Source: Chlamydiota bacterium (lineage in GTDB: Bacteria > Chlamydiota > Chlamydiia > Chlamydiales > SM23-39). From it: a DNA stretch of 64,000 bases. The notes beneath the pieces were generated by a model. It worked only from the letters and a program-made list of their open reading frames with translations, was not told where the DNA came from and searched no databases. The stretch covers positions 42,932-106,931 of the forward strand of contig JBEHXF010000001.1 in the NCBI GenBank assembly GCA_048498835.1, read 5' to 3'. Shown one piece after another: positions 31,219 through 39,813 of the stretch (position 1 is the first letter of the stretch; every line of letters begins with the position of its first letter). The translations under genes were made by a program, and so were the position numbers.

Positions 31219-31800
31219 ATGGTAAGCAATATCCGCCCTCAGAGTCTCATTTTCCTCGATATTGATAACGTATTGTGGGATCCAGAGCAGGCGAATCATA
31301 ATTGTAGCCTTCGCCAGAAAGCAAATGAATTATTCCACAAATCAAATGAAGGCGTTGTTAGTTATTTAGAATATGCGATAACTGGCAGTCATTTTTTTGA
31401 TAAAACGGTTCTTACACATTTAAATACTCTAATCAAAAAAGTGCAAAAAGTAGCCGACGTCCAGATTGTCATTTGTAGCAAGTGGAGAACATACACCTCT
31501 CTTCAACAGCTTAAAGAACGAGTTTTTGATCGAACAGGATTTGCAGACCTCATTGTAGATGTAACACCGATCAATAACGAATGCCGCGAAAAACAAATTC
31601 AAGAGTGGTTAGAAAACAACCCAAACCCACTTCGCAAAAGCTTTGTCATCTTGGATGATAATGGCTCTGAATTTCGTCAACTTTTCCAAAACCAACTAGT
31701 AGAAATCGCCATGTTTGGATTACTCACTGAAGCCGATGCAAGCAAAGCCGAGAAAATTTTGCTCGATCCTTTCCAAGTAGACGAAAGTAAAATTCAATGA
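31219..31800 (+). CDS. HAD-like phosphatase-fold protein of unknown specificity
   Basis: Motifs seen are DxD (LIFLDIDNVLWD), VICSKWR, REKQIQEWL and FVILDDN. From memory this pattern fits the stand-alone HAD domains related to RNA-repair 'Swiss-army-knife' proteins. Confidence 0.45.
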   Translation: MVSNIRPQSLIFLDIDNVLWDPEQANHNCSLRQKANELFHKSNEGVVSYLEYAITGSHFFDKTVLTHLNTLIKKVQKVADVQIVICSKWRTYTSLQQLKERVFDRTGFADLIVDVTPINNECREKQIQEWLENNPNPLRKSFVILDDNGSEFRQLFQNQLVEIAMFGLLTEADASKAEKILLDPFQVDESKIQ

Positions 31801-31812
31801 ACTAGCGCTAAA

Positions 31813-32511
31813 ATGCTCCTGGCAGTTATCTTTCTTGGCCATTTAGGAGTATTTATGATCCGTTTAGCTTTTTTTCTGCTTTCATCCCCCTTCCTCTATG
31901 CCATTTCATTAGACCAAGCTGCACAAGAAATCGTCGAAGCTGGCCAATTTCTCAATCAGCAAAAACTCTGTCCTGCGACATCGGGTAATCTCTCCGTGCG
32001 AATCGATCACAATCTCGTGGCCATGACTGTTTCTGGAAAACATAAAGGAGAACTCACTGCTGACGATGTGATGCGTGTGGATCTCAATGGCAATCCCGTT
32101 GGCAGCGCTAAAAAACCGTCCGCAGAAACTCTTCTCCACACGCTTATCTACTCGCTCGACCCACAAGCAGGCGCAGTTCTCCACACACATACCCTCAGCG
32201 GAACGATTCTTTCCCGTCTTGTCGCACCCGAAAAAGCTCTCATCACTCAAGGCTATGAAATACACAAAGTTTTCCCGGGAATTACAACACATGAAAGCGC
32301 TTTAACCATCCCCATTTTCGAAAATAGCCAAGATATGCGCGCCTTAGCAATAGAAGTAGGTGATTACCTGAAAGCCCATCCTCAAACCTATGGATTCTTA
32401 GTTCGTGGTCATGGCCTTTACACTTGGGGACGCGATATGAAAGAGGTAAAAAATCGAGTGGAAGCTTTTGAATATCTTTTTGATGCAGAACTCTGCCAGA
32501 GGAAACCATGA
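31813..32511 (+). CDS. mtnB: Methylthioribulose-1-phosphate dehydratase (class II aldolase/adducin fold)
   Basis: Motifs seen are CPATSGNLSVR, AVLHTHT and YGFLVRGHGLYTWG. About 17-30 aa of hydrophobic N-terminal extension make the start uncertain. Confidence 0.8.
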   Translation: MLLAVIFLGHLGVFMIRLAFFLLSSPFLYAISLDQAAQEIVEAGQFLNQQKLCPATSGNLSVRIDHNLVAMTVSGKHKGELTADDVMRVDLNGNPVGSAKKPSAETLLHTLIYSLDPQAGAVLHTHTLSGTILSRLVAPEKALITQGYEIHKVFPGITTHESALTIPIFENSQDMRALAIEVGDYLKAHPQTYGFLVRGHGLYTWGRDMKEVKNRVEAFEYLFDAELCQRKP

Positions 32512-33245
32512 TCCCATCGATTGAAATCCACCAACCTTATTTTATCTTTGAATCTGTTCAAGCGATTCTCACCGATATCGAGGGGACTACCACGTCCATT
32601 TCTTTCGTACACGACACTCTCTTTCCTTATGCAAAAGCCCATGTCAAAGACTACCTTCTTTTACACGCTCATAAACCTGAACTTCAAAAAATCATCGAAG
32701 AAGTGAAACAATTATCAGGAATGCCTGAAGCGACTCTAGAAGAAGTCGCCGCTATCCTCTACACTTGGATGCAACAGGACAAAAAAATCACACCACTAAA
32801 AACAATCCAAGGGTGGATGTGGGAAGAAGGGTATAAGCAAGGCGATTTTCAAGGACACGTATACCCAGACGCCTATGAAAATCTCATCTCCTGGCATCAG
32901 TCATCTATCCCTCTCTACATCTATTCATCTGGATCCATTCATGCGCAAAAGCTCCTCTTTGGCCATTCCAATTTCGGAGATCTTACCCCACTTTTCTCAG
33001 GTCACTTTGACACCACAACTGGTCCTAAAAAAGAGGCCTCTTCCTACCAAATAATCGCCGAAAAGATCCAGCTGCCACCCTCGGCTATTCTTTTTCTCTC
33101 CGATTCCATTGACGAAATCAAGGCTGCTCGCTCGATTGGAATGCAGACAGCGCTCATCACTCGAGAAGCTCCCACAGCCTCAAGTTTCGATCAAATTATC
33201 ATCAGGTCTGCAACAGAAGCTCAAAACCGCGTCGCGCTTGATTGA
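32508..33245 (+). CDS. mtnC: Enolase-phosphatase E1 (2,3-diketo-5-methylthiopentyl-1-phosphate enolase-phosphatase, HAD family)
   Basis: Motifs seen are ILTDIEGTTTSISFVHDTLFPYA, YIYSSGS and FLSDSIDEIKAA. Its start overlaps the mtnB stop by 4 nt (ATGA). Confidence 0.8.
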   Translation: MIPSIEIHQPYFIFESVQAILTDIEGTTTSISFVHDTLFPYAKAHVKDYLLLHAHKPELQKIIEEVKQLSGMPEATLEEVAAILYTWMQQDKKITPLKTIQGWMWEEGYKQGDFQGHVYPDAYENLISWHQSSIPLYIYSSGSIHAQKLLFGHSNFGDLTPLFSGHFDTTTGPKKEASSYQIIAEKIQLPPSAILFLSDSIDEIKAARSIGMQTALITREAPTASSFDQIIIRSATEAQNRVALD

Positions 33246-34149
33246 CGGAAATGAACTTTTGCCAATATTTATCGCGTAATCGAAAGCCACGGATATTGGG
33301 AATAAGAGAACTTGGAGTCAACACGATCCCTTTTGTAAAGCTTGGCGCCCACATCTTAGCCCAAGCTTTCCGGCGACAGAAAGTGAGCGTTTGAATCCCC
33401 AAAGCAGATGCCAAATGGCCCAATCCAGAATCATTGCCTATCAAATAGCCAGACTCATAAATAAATCGAGCCAAAGCATCTAAATTTGAGAAATCCGCAA
33501 GCTCTAATCCCAACGGAAGTACATCTTGCCAGTTCTCCCAGTCTTTAGCCCCAGGAATAAATACCGGCTGCAAACCCTCTTCCTTTAAATGTAAAGCTAG
33601 CTTTACAAATTTATCTTTCGGCCAATTTCTCGTAACCCGCGCGCTAGTCGGGTGAATGGCAATTCTTTTGGGATATTTACGAAACTGAACCCCTTCCGGA
33701 GCAATAAAGCCATTGCTTTTTGTCGATTTTGGCAAGTGCATGACCTGTTCACAAACAATCCGCATATTCGCTGCAATGGAAACAGTGGGATCGGTCAAGC
33801 AATCGGCATAATAGGGTTCATTGACGATATTGGGCGAGGGGTAGAGATAGAGAACTTTGATTCGGTCGGGAAATCGTCGCTTTCCTTCCTCAATCAACTT
33901 TTTCACAAATTCACTCGCATCGTTCCAAACCACAAAATAGTAATCGTAGGCATGCAAGATTCTGGGAAGCTCTTCAACTCCTGGGTAGGGCTGAACAGGA
34001 AGGTGAGGGAACCAGTTTTGCATGGAACCAATGGCATTTTGATAAGTATCGACTTGATAGCCATTGAGATGAAGATTGTTAGACAGGACTAAACAATTGA
34101 TCCCATCTCCTAAACCATTGTGGCAAAAAACGCCTGCTTTTGGACCCAT
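33202..34149 (-). CDS. Glycosyltransferase family 9 (LPS heptosyltransferase-like)
   Basis: The N-terminus is FCHNGLGDGINCLVLS. The C-terminal GT9 signature is YLIGNDSGLGHLASALGIQTLTF. Confidence 0.7.
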   Translation of the reverse strand: MGPKAGVFCHNGLGDGINCLVLSNNLHLNGYQVDTYQNAIGSMQNWFPHLPVQPYPGVEELPRILHAYDYYFVVWNDASEFVKKLIEEGKRRFPDRIKVLYLYPSPNIVNEPYYADCLTDPTVSIAANMRIVCEQVMHLPKSTKSNGFIAPEGVQFRKYPKRIAIHPTSARVTRNWPKDKFVKLALHLKEEGLQPVFIPGAKDWENWQDVLPLGLELADFSNLDALARFIYESGYLIGNDSGLGHLASALGIQTLTFCRRKAWAKMWAPSFTKGIVLTPSSLIPNIRGFRLRDKYWQKFISVNQARRGFELLLQT

Positions 34150-34212
34150 AAAACCACCTTTTGCAAAGGATCTTACATCGGAGGCTTCTTTGATTCAATA
34201 TGCCACTGTGTT

Positions 34213-35424
34213 ATGGCCCAAAGTATGGAGAACAAACCACAATTTAGACAAATCCCGCAGGCGCGACTCATCCTTACACAGGCTTTGCGCCGCTCATTGG
34301 AAATTCTCCAAATGCCACAAATTGAACTCGCTTCCTTAATCGAAGAGGAAATAGAAAAAAACCCCCTTCTGGAATTGCAATCAGATCGTCATACCGCCAC
34401 TCGATCGCCCTCCCCCTTACCCGAACCACCCTCCAAACCCTCTCTTTATGACCATCTTGAAAACCAAATTCGCGAAAACATCCCTGACTCCTCTGAACAG
34501 CAGATGGCTAGAGAAGCGCTCACCCATCTCGATGAACGAGGCTTTTTTACCGGTTCAGATCATCCGCTCTTACACCTTCTACAGACGTTCGACCCCCCAG
34601 GAATTTTTGCCCGAAATTTACAAGAGTCCTATCTCCTTCAACTAGCTCGATTAGGTCTTTCTGATTCCTCCACCTTTCGAATTGTAGCCGACTCATTTGA
34701 TGATCTTTTACAAGCTCGTTATAGCCAAATCAAAAAACGGCATAAACTCAATGGAGAAGAGTTTGCAAATGCCATCCACAAACTATCGCGCCTTTCTAGA
34801 AGACCCATCTCCGATTTTTCATCTGCCAATCCCGCTCCTATCCACGCTGATTTGCGCCTCATAAAAGTTGGACATCAATGGATCGTCGAATCGATTGAAG
34901 ATGCCCTGCCTCAATTTCGGCTTCGAACCGAATATTTATCTCTACCCAATCTTGCAACGGCCGAAAAAGAAACCATGCGCCACTTTTCCATCTCTGCAAA
35001 ATGGCTCATCCGCTCCATTCAAAAAAGGCGGAAATTCCTCCTTTCCCTCGCCTCTTATCTAGTTCGAAAACAAGTTCATTTTCTCAATCAAAAAGGGCCT
35101 CTCATACCCATTTCTGCAGTCGAACTGGCCGCTGAACTCAATGTCCATGAATCAACCATTTCTCGAGCCCTCTCTGAAAAATACCTAGCAAGTCCGAATG
35201 GACTAATGCCCTTCCATGCACTTGTCCCATCCACCTCGAATGAATCTGGCAAAGAACTGCTCCAAAAGCTCATCGCACAAGAAGATAAAACCAAACCATT
35301 TACAGACGATCAATTGGCTTTAGAAATGAAAAAGGCGGGCTGTGAAATGGCCCGCCGCACGATTACAAAATACCGTAAGCTTTTGAAAATTGGCTCAGCT
35401 TCGGCTCGAAAACATCTGCGCTGA
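34213..35424 (+). CDS. rpoN: RNA polymerase sigma-54 factor (short chlamydial-type form)
   Basis: Region I is LILTQALRRSLEILQMPQIELASLIEEEIEKNPLLE. An HTH (ELNVHESTISRA) and the RpoN box ARRTITKYRK are present. ATG 34213 is preferred over the track start at 34120. Confidence 0.9.
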   Translation: MAQSMENKPQFRQIPQARLILTQALRRSLEILQMPQIELASLIEEEIEKNPLLELQSDRHTATRSPSPLPEPPSKPSLYDHLENQIRENIPDSSEQQMAREALTHLDERGFFTGSDHPLLHLLQTFDPPGIFARNLQESYLLQLARLGLSDSSTFRIVADSFDDLLQARYSQIKKRHKLNGEEFANAIHKLSRLSRRPISDFSSANPAPIHADLRLIKVGHQWIVESIEDALPQFRLRTEYLSLPNLATAEKETMRHFSISAKWLIRSIQKRRKFLLSLASYLVRKQVHFLNQKGPLIPISAVELAAELNVHESTISRALSEKYLASPNGLMPFHALVPSTSNESGKELLQKLIAQEDKTKPFTDDQLALEMKKAGCEMARRTITKYRKLLKIGSASARKHLR

Positions 35425-36345
35425 GTAAACGGGATTAACCATATTCCGCTTCGAAAGTCTTTCTAAGATGCTCACGGGGGATCGATCAGGAAATAAAAGC
35501 GCCTTATGAGGAATTAAGAACGTCTGTTCTAAAGCATACTGACCGGATAAAGCCGCATGCGAAACTAAATCTGTGTAAACAGCCCAGCAAGAATTCGGTG
35601 GGAATTCCCACGCATCTTTCGGACAATTTTTCTGAAATTCTTCATTCTCTTTTAAAAAGTTGTGCATATTCAGCATAAAAACATCGTAGGGAGAACGGAG
35701 CGGCATTTTTACCCCTGCTTTACGGATCCACTCTAACATCTTTCTCTCTAATCGTTCTTTTAAGCTATAACCAACCGATTTGGGATATTGCACTCCAGCT
35801 CCACCAAATTCTTGCATCAAATCGCCACAAGGCTTGGACGTGATCCAACGACGTCCTTCGACTGGATTGATGTTCGTAAAAAAGCGCAAAATACGTGCGC
35901 CATGAAGAGGTCGAGTTGGAAATGCATCGACATGGAGCAAATCATTGCGCGCGCGAAGTCTCAACTTCCTCCCTTTCTCTTGAAACGGGCGAAAGCTTGC
36001 ATAATCATGTTTCCAATCTTTTGCATACGGCGCCAAAACAACAGAGAGAAAATCGGTCACTCTGGAAGAATAATTGCGCAACACTTCCAGCATCTTTGCT
36101 GCCGCAGCAGGATCTTGTGTATCGTGGTTGGTAATTTTATCTTGTTGTGGCTTGTAGGCGATATTTTTACGACTGCTAGAACCGCCTTGTCGCTGAGCTA
36201 AGAGAAAGTCGATTTCATCTTGTGGAAATGCGAAAGGCGTCTTTGGGAAAAAGAGAATATTGCCGCTTTCAAGCTCTGCCGCATACTTGAAACGATTTCG
36301 ATCATCCTTCCATTCACCATCTTGTACGACTATCTTTTGGGCCAT
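35395..36345 (-). CDS. kdoO: Kdo hydroxylase-like Fe(II)/2-oxoglutarate dioxygenase (KdoO / DUF2843 family), tentative
   Basis: The N-terminal pattern is AAELESGNILFFPKTPFAFPQDEIDFLL...RKNIAY. The HxD iron motif lies in LLHVDAFPTRPLHGARILRFFTNINP. The assignment is by memory of the family pattern only. Confidence 0.5.
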   Translation of the reverse strand: MAQKIVVQDGEWKDDRNRFKYAAELESGNILFFPKTPFAFPQDEIDFLLAQRQGGSSSRKNIAYKPQQDKITNHDTQDPAAAAKMLEVLRNYSSRVTDFLSVVLAPYAKDWKHDYASFRPFQEKGRKLRLRARNDLLHVDAFPTRPLHGARILRFFTNINPVEGRRWITSKPCGDLMQEFGGAGVQYPKSVGYSLKERLERKMLEWIRKAGVKMPLRSPYDVFMLNMHNFLKENEEFQKNCPKDAWEFPPNSCWAVYTDLVSHAALSGQYALEQTFLIPHKALLFPDRSPVSILERLSKRNMVNPVYSAQMFSSRS

Positions 36346-36348
36346 TGC

Positions 36349-37203
36349 CTACACTCCTGTTTCCCCATCTCTTATATACGCTAACCGAATCAAACGCCAG
36401 CGCAGCGTTGTGTCACCCTCAATCCATTCACCGCGACTCAAACTCCGAATTTCAGCATCGGTTAACCGAAATAAGACAGCCCGAACCTTTCTTTCATCCT
36501 TTAATCGGACCATCAATGTATCGGATGCTTTGCGCAATCTTCTATGTTGCCGAATCAATCTCCAAAAACCAGTTCCAATCAAGCATGTGACGAATAGAGT
36601 CGCCAACTCGGACCATAATGAACCCGCGAGCCCACCCATTAATAACCAAGCCTCCCAAGGTCTTTTGAATAAAGGTCCCAACACCCTTCGCCATCTTTTT
36701 GAAGAAGAGGCATAAGCAAAAAATTCTTCATTTTCTTCCTCAGCAAAGGCAACACGCGCCGCATGGATCGCTTCATGAGCCAACACCTCTTCGCGACTGT
36801 AGCCGAGATAAGAGCCCTTTCTAAACCCTTCTCGGAGTTGCAACCTGGGAACGCCATCTTCTCCAATCCAACATGCAGCTCCCTGCCACCAGGTTAAATT
36901 TTTATTCGAATAAACAGCCACAAGAGACTCAGGTTCAATATCATATAAATCACTCAATTGCTCCATTACCCAGTTCCAATGAGCTTGAGGCAAAGCATCT
37001 TTACAACCCACCCGTATCCGGTCGATTCGCTCGAAAAAAGCCTCTTCCGACTCATTCGGCCCGGGAATAAATCCTCGTTGATTCAAGGCAAGAAATTCAT
37101 GATCTGTCATGCCTTCTATCTTACCAAATCTACACTCAAATCGAAGAGACGAAAAAAATATTTCGATAGATAAATATTGTTCGGAGTCTTGCTTTTCGGC
37201 CAA
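36349..37203 (-). CDS. Hypothetical membrane-anchored protein with an HExxH motif (putative zinc metallopeptidase-like)
   Basis: LAHEAIHAARVAF carries the HExxH motif. A hydrophobic segment WEAWLLMGGLAGSLWSELATLFVTCLIGTGFW follows. An alternative start is at 37110 (MTDHEF). Confidence 0.45.
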   Translation of the reverse strand: MAEKQDSEQYLSIEIFFSSLRFECRFGKIEGMTDHEFLALNQRGFIPGPNESEEAFFERIDRIRVGCKDALPQAHWNWVMEQLSDLYDIEPESLVAVYSNKNLTWWQGAACWIGEDGVPRLQLREGFRKGSYLGYSREEVLAHEAIHAARVAFAEEENEEFFAYASSSKRWRRVLGPLFKRPWEAWLLMGGLAGSLWSELATLFVTCLIGTGFWRLIRQHRRLRKASDTLMVRLKDERKVRAVLFRLTDAEIRSLSRGEWIEGDTTLRWRLIRLAYIRDGETGV

Positions 37204-37239
37204 CGATCGGCTACCATCTCGACGATTTAGAGGAATCCC

Positions 37240-39813
37240 GTGCCCAAAGCCCTTGTCATTGTTGAGTCGCCGACGAAAATTAAAACCCTTAAAAAATTCT
37301 TAGGATCAAATTATACCTTTGAGTCCTCCCTCGGCCATATTCGAGATCTTCCACAAAAGGAATTCGGCATTGATCTCGAACACAACTTTGAACCTACCTA
37401 CGTCACCTTACCCGACAAAAAAGACGTAATCAAAAAGCTGCAGGACGCAGCAAAAAAAGCCGACATTGTCTACCTCTCACCCGATCCGGACCGAGAAGGG
37501 GAAGCCATCGCTTGGCACATCGCTTCTATTCTTCCTAAAAATACCAAATTCAAACGAGTCGCCTTTCAATCAATCACAAAAGCCGCTGTTCAAAATGCGC
37601 TGGAAAATCCACGCGATATTGATATGGACTTGGTCGATGCGCAACAGACTCGCCGACTCCTCGACCGAATTGTAGGATATAAAATTTCCCCGATCCTCAC
37701 TCGTCGCGTTAAACGAGGCAATCAAGGATCTTCCGCAGGACGCGTTCAATCGGTCGCTCTGAAGCTTGTCGTCGATCGAGAAAAAGAGATCGACGCCTTT
37801 ATTCCAGTCGAATACTGGACGCTCGACGCCCTTCTCGAAACGCCGAAGAAAGAGCGTCCCTTTGCTGCTCATCTCCATTCTGTCGATGGTCTCCGAGTCG
37901 AAAAAGAAAAAATCAACGACAAAGCTTGCTACCTCATTCCAAATCAAGTCACCGCAGATGAAGTTCGGAGGCGCCTCGAAAAAGCAAAATACCGAGTAGA
38001 ATCGGTTGAGCGAAAAGAAAAGAAACGAAACCCCGTTCCACCTTTTATCACCTCGACTCTACAACAAGAAGCCAGCCGTCACTACGGTTTCTCTGTCTCC
38101 CGCACAATGAGCATCGCGCAAGATCTCTACGAAGGGATCGACACAGGCGAGCATGGAGCGGAAGGTCTCATCACCTATATGCGAACCGATTCGGTCAATA
38201 TCGCTCCAGAAGCAATCGCTGCCGCGCGCGACTATATCCACTCCCATTTTGGTCCTGAATACCTCCCCGAATCACCCCGGATCTACGCATCCAAAAAAAC
38301 AGCTCAAGAAGCTCACGAAGGGATTCGACCAACACATCTTTCACGCGATCCTGAGCGCATCAAAAATTACCTCACAGCAGATCAATACAAACTCTATCTC
38401 CTGATCTGGCGTCGCTTTGTTGCTTCCCAGATGAATCCTGCGATCTACGATACGGTCTCAGCAGATATTCACACCGATCAAAACGTCGCCCTTCGAGCAA
38501 CCGGCTCCGTCCTTAAATTCAACGGCTACCTCGCCGCTTATGAAGAGAAAAAAGACACCTCCCATAAAGAGGAGGAAGAAGACGAAAATGCAAAGCTTCT
38601 ACCACCTTTAGAAGCGAATATGCCCCTTCATCTTCTCAACGTAAACTCTACACAATCATTTACCAAAGCGCCCCCGCGCTTTACAGAAGCTTCTCTCGTC
38701 AAAGAACTCGAACGGCTCGGCATCGGTCGCCCCTCTACCTACGCTGCGATCATGAACAAAATTCAATCGCGCGACTATACCGAGAAAGAACACCAAGCTC
38801 TGAAACCAACCGATCTGGGCAAAGTAATTTGCCAAATGTTGGAAGAAAACTTCGCTCCCATTATGGACGTCACCTTTACAGCCCAGATGGAAGATCAGCT
38901 CGAACAAGTCGCTGAGCACAACAAAAATTGGAAAGATATCATCAAGAGCTTCTGGCATGATTTCGTTCCTCTGATCGAAAAAGCGGAAAAAGAAGCAACT
39001 GTTCCTAAAATTCTCACCGAACGAGACTGTCCAAAATGCGGCAATAAGCTCCAAAAAATCTGGGCTCGCAACAAATATTTTTACGGCTGCTCTGACTATC
39101 CTGACTGCGATTATACCGCCCCGATTGAAGCGCTCGATTTTAACAAAGAAGACTACGATCCTAACTTTAATTACGAACAACCCTGCCCAACTTGCGACTC
39201 TCCCATGGCCCTGCGCTTTGGACGTTTCGGACCCTTCCTTGGCTGCTCTAAGTACCCAGAGTGCAAAGGAATCGTCAATATCCCCAAAAAGGGAGAAATT
39301 GTTTACAAAGAATCCGACATGCCGCCTTGCCCTGCAATTGGCTGCGACGGCCACCTAAAAGCCCGCCGCTCTCGCTTTGGCAAAACGTTTTTCTCATGCT
39401 CAGCCTATCCTGATTGCGACGTCATCGTAAACGAACTCGATCAGCTCTCTGAGAAGTATCAAAATCACCCCAAAACAGCTTACGTCAAAAAAACAAAAGG
39501 CCGCTTTGGGAAAAAAGGGGCCGAAAAAGCCACCCCCGAAAAATCGACCGCCAAGAAAAAGGCAAAAAAAGCCTCGAATCAACCCGCTCAAAAGCTCTCC
39601 CAAGAACTAGCCGATGTTGTTGGCACCGACGAACTTTCCCGTACCGAAGTGACCAAACGTCTGTGGGTTTACATCAAAGAAAATAAGCTGCAAGACTCCA
39701 AAAACAAGCGACTCATCAAGCCCGACGCTAAACTAGCCAAAGTGATCGGCTCTAAGCCCGTAGATATGATGAAATTAGCTTCGCTCTTGAGCAAACATTT
39801 TAAGAAAAAGTAG
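37240..39813 (+). CDS. topA: DNA topoisomerase I with three C-terminal Zn-ribbons, a lysine-rich linker and a C-terminal SWIB/MDM2 domain
   Basis: The Toprim region is LVIVESPTKIKTL and the active-site region is GLITYMRTDS. The Zn-ribbons are CPKCG...CSDYPDC, CPTCD...CSKYPEC and CPAIGC...CSAYPDC. The SWIB domain LSQELADVVGTDELSRTEVTKRLWVYIKENKLQD... spans 39595..39810. Confidence 0.95.
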   Translation: MPKALVIVESPTKIKTLKKFLGSNYTFESSLGHIRDLPQKEFGIDLEHNFEPTYVTLPDKKDVIKKLQDAAKKADIVYLSPDPDREGEAIAWHIASILPKNTKFKRVAFQSITKAAVQNALENPRDIDMDLVDAQQTRRLLDRIVGYKISPILTRRVKRGNQGSSAGRVQSVALKLVVDREKEIDAFIPVEYWTLDALLETPKKERPFAAHLHSVDGLRVEKEKINDKACYLIPNQVTADEVRRRLEKAKYRVESVERKEKKRNPVPPFITSTLQQEASRHYGFSVSRTMSIAQDLYEGIDTGEHGAEGLITYMRTDSVNIAPEAIAAARDYIHSHFGPEYLPESPRIYASKKTAQEAHEGIRPTHLSRDPERIKNYLTADQYKLYLLIWRRFVASQMNPAIYDTVSADIHTDQNVALRATGSVLKFNGYLAAYEEKKDTSHKEEEEDENAKLLPPLEANMPLHLLNVNSTQSFTKAPPRFTEASLVKELERLGIGRPSTYAAIMNKIQSRDYTEKEHQALKPTDLGKVICQMLEENFAPIMDVTFTAQMEDQLEQVAEHNKNWKDIIKSFWHDFVPLIEKAEKEATVPKILTERDCPKCGNKLQKIWARNKYFYGCSDYPDCDYTAPIEALDFNKEDYDPNFNYEQPCPTCDSPMALRFGRFGPFLGCSKYPECKGIVNIPKKGEIVYKESDMPPCPAIGCDGHLKARRSRFGKTFFSCSAYPDCDVIVNELDQLSEKYQNHPKTAYVKKTKGRFGKKGAEKATPEKSTAKKKAKKASNQPAQKLSQELADVVGTDELSRTEVTKRLWVYIKENKLQDSKNKRLIKPDAKLAKVIGSKPVDMMKLASLLSKHFKKK

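Noticed and set aside
37511-37526. TGGCAC-containing sites (also near 39615, 41334 and 56587) checked as sigma-54 (-24/-12) promoters because rpoN is present
   Set aside because: None has the TTGC(A/T) element at the correct 5-nt spacing, and all lie inside coding regions. No convincing sigma-54 promoter was found by eye.
38656-39354. 232-aa minus-strand ORF inside topA
   Set aside because: It is antisense to the Zn-ribbon region of topA and carries no motifs. It is a shadow ORF.
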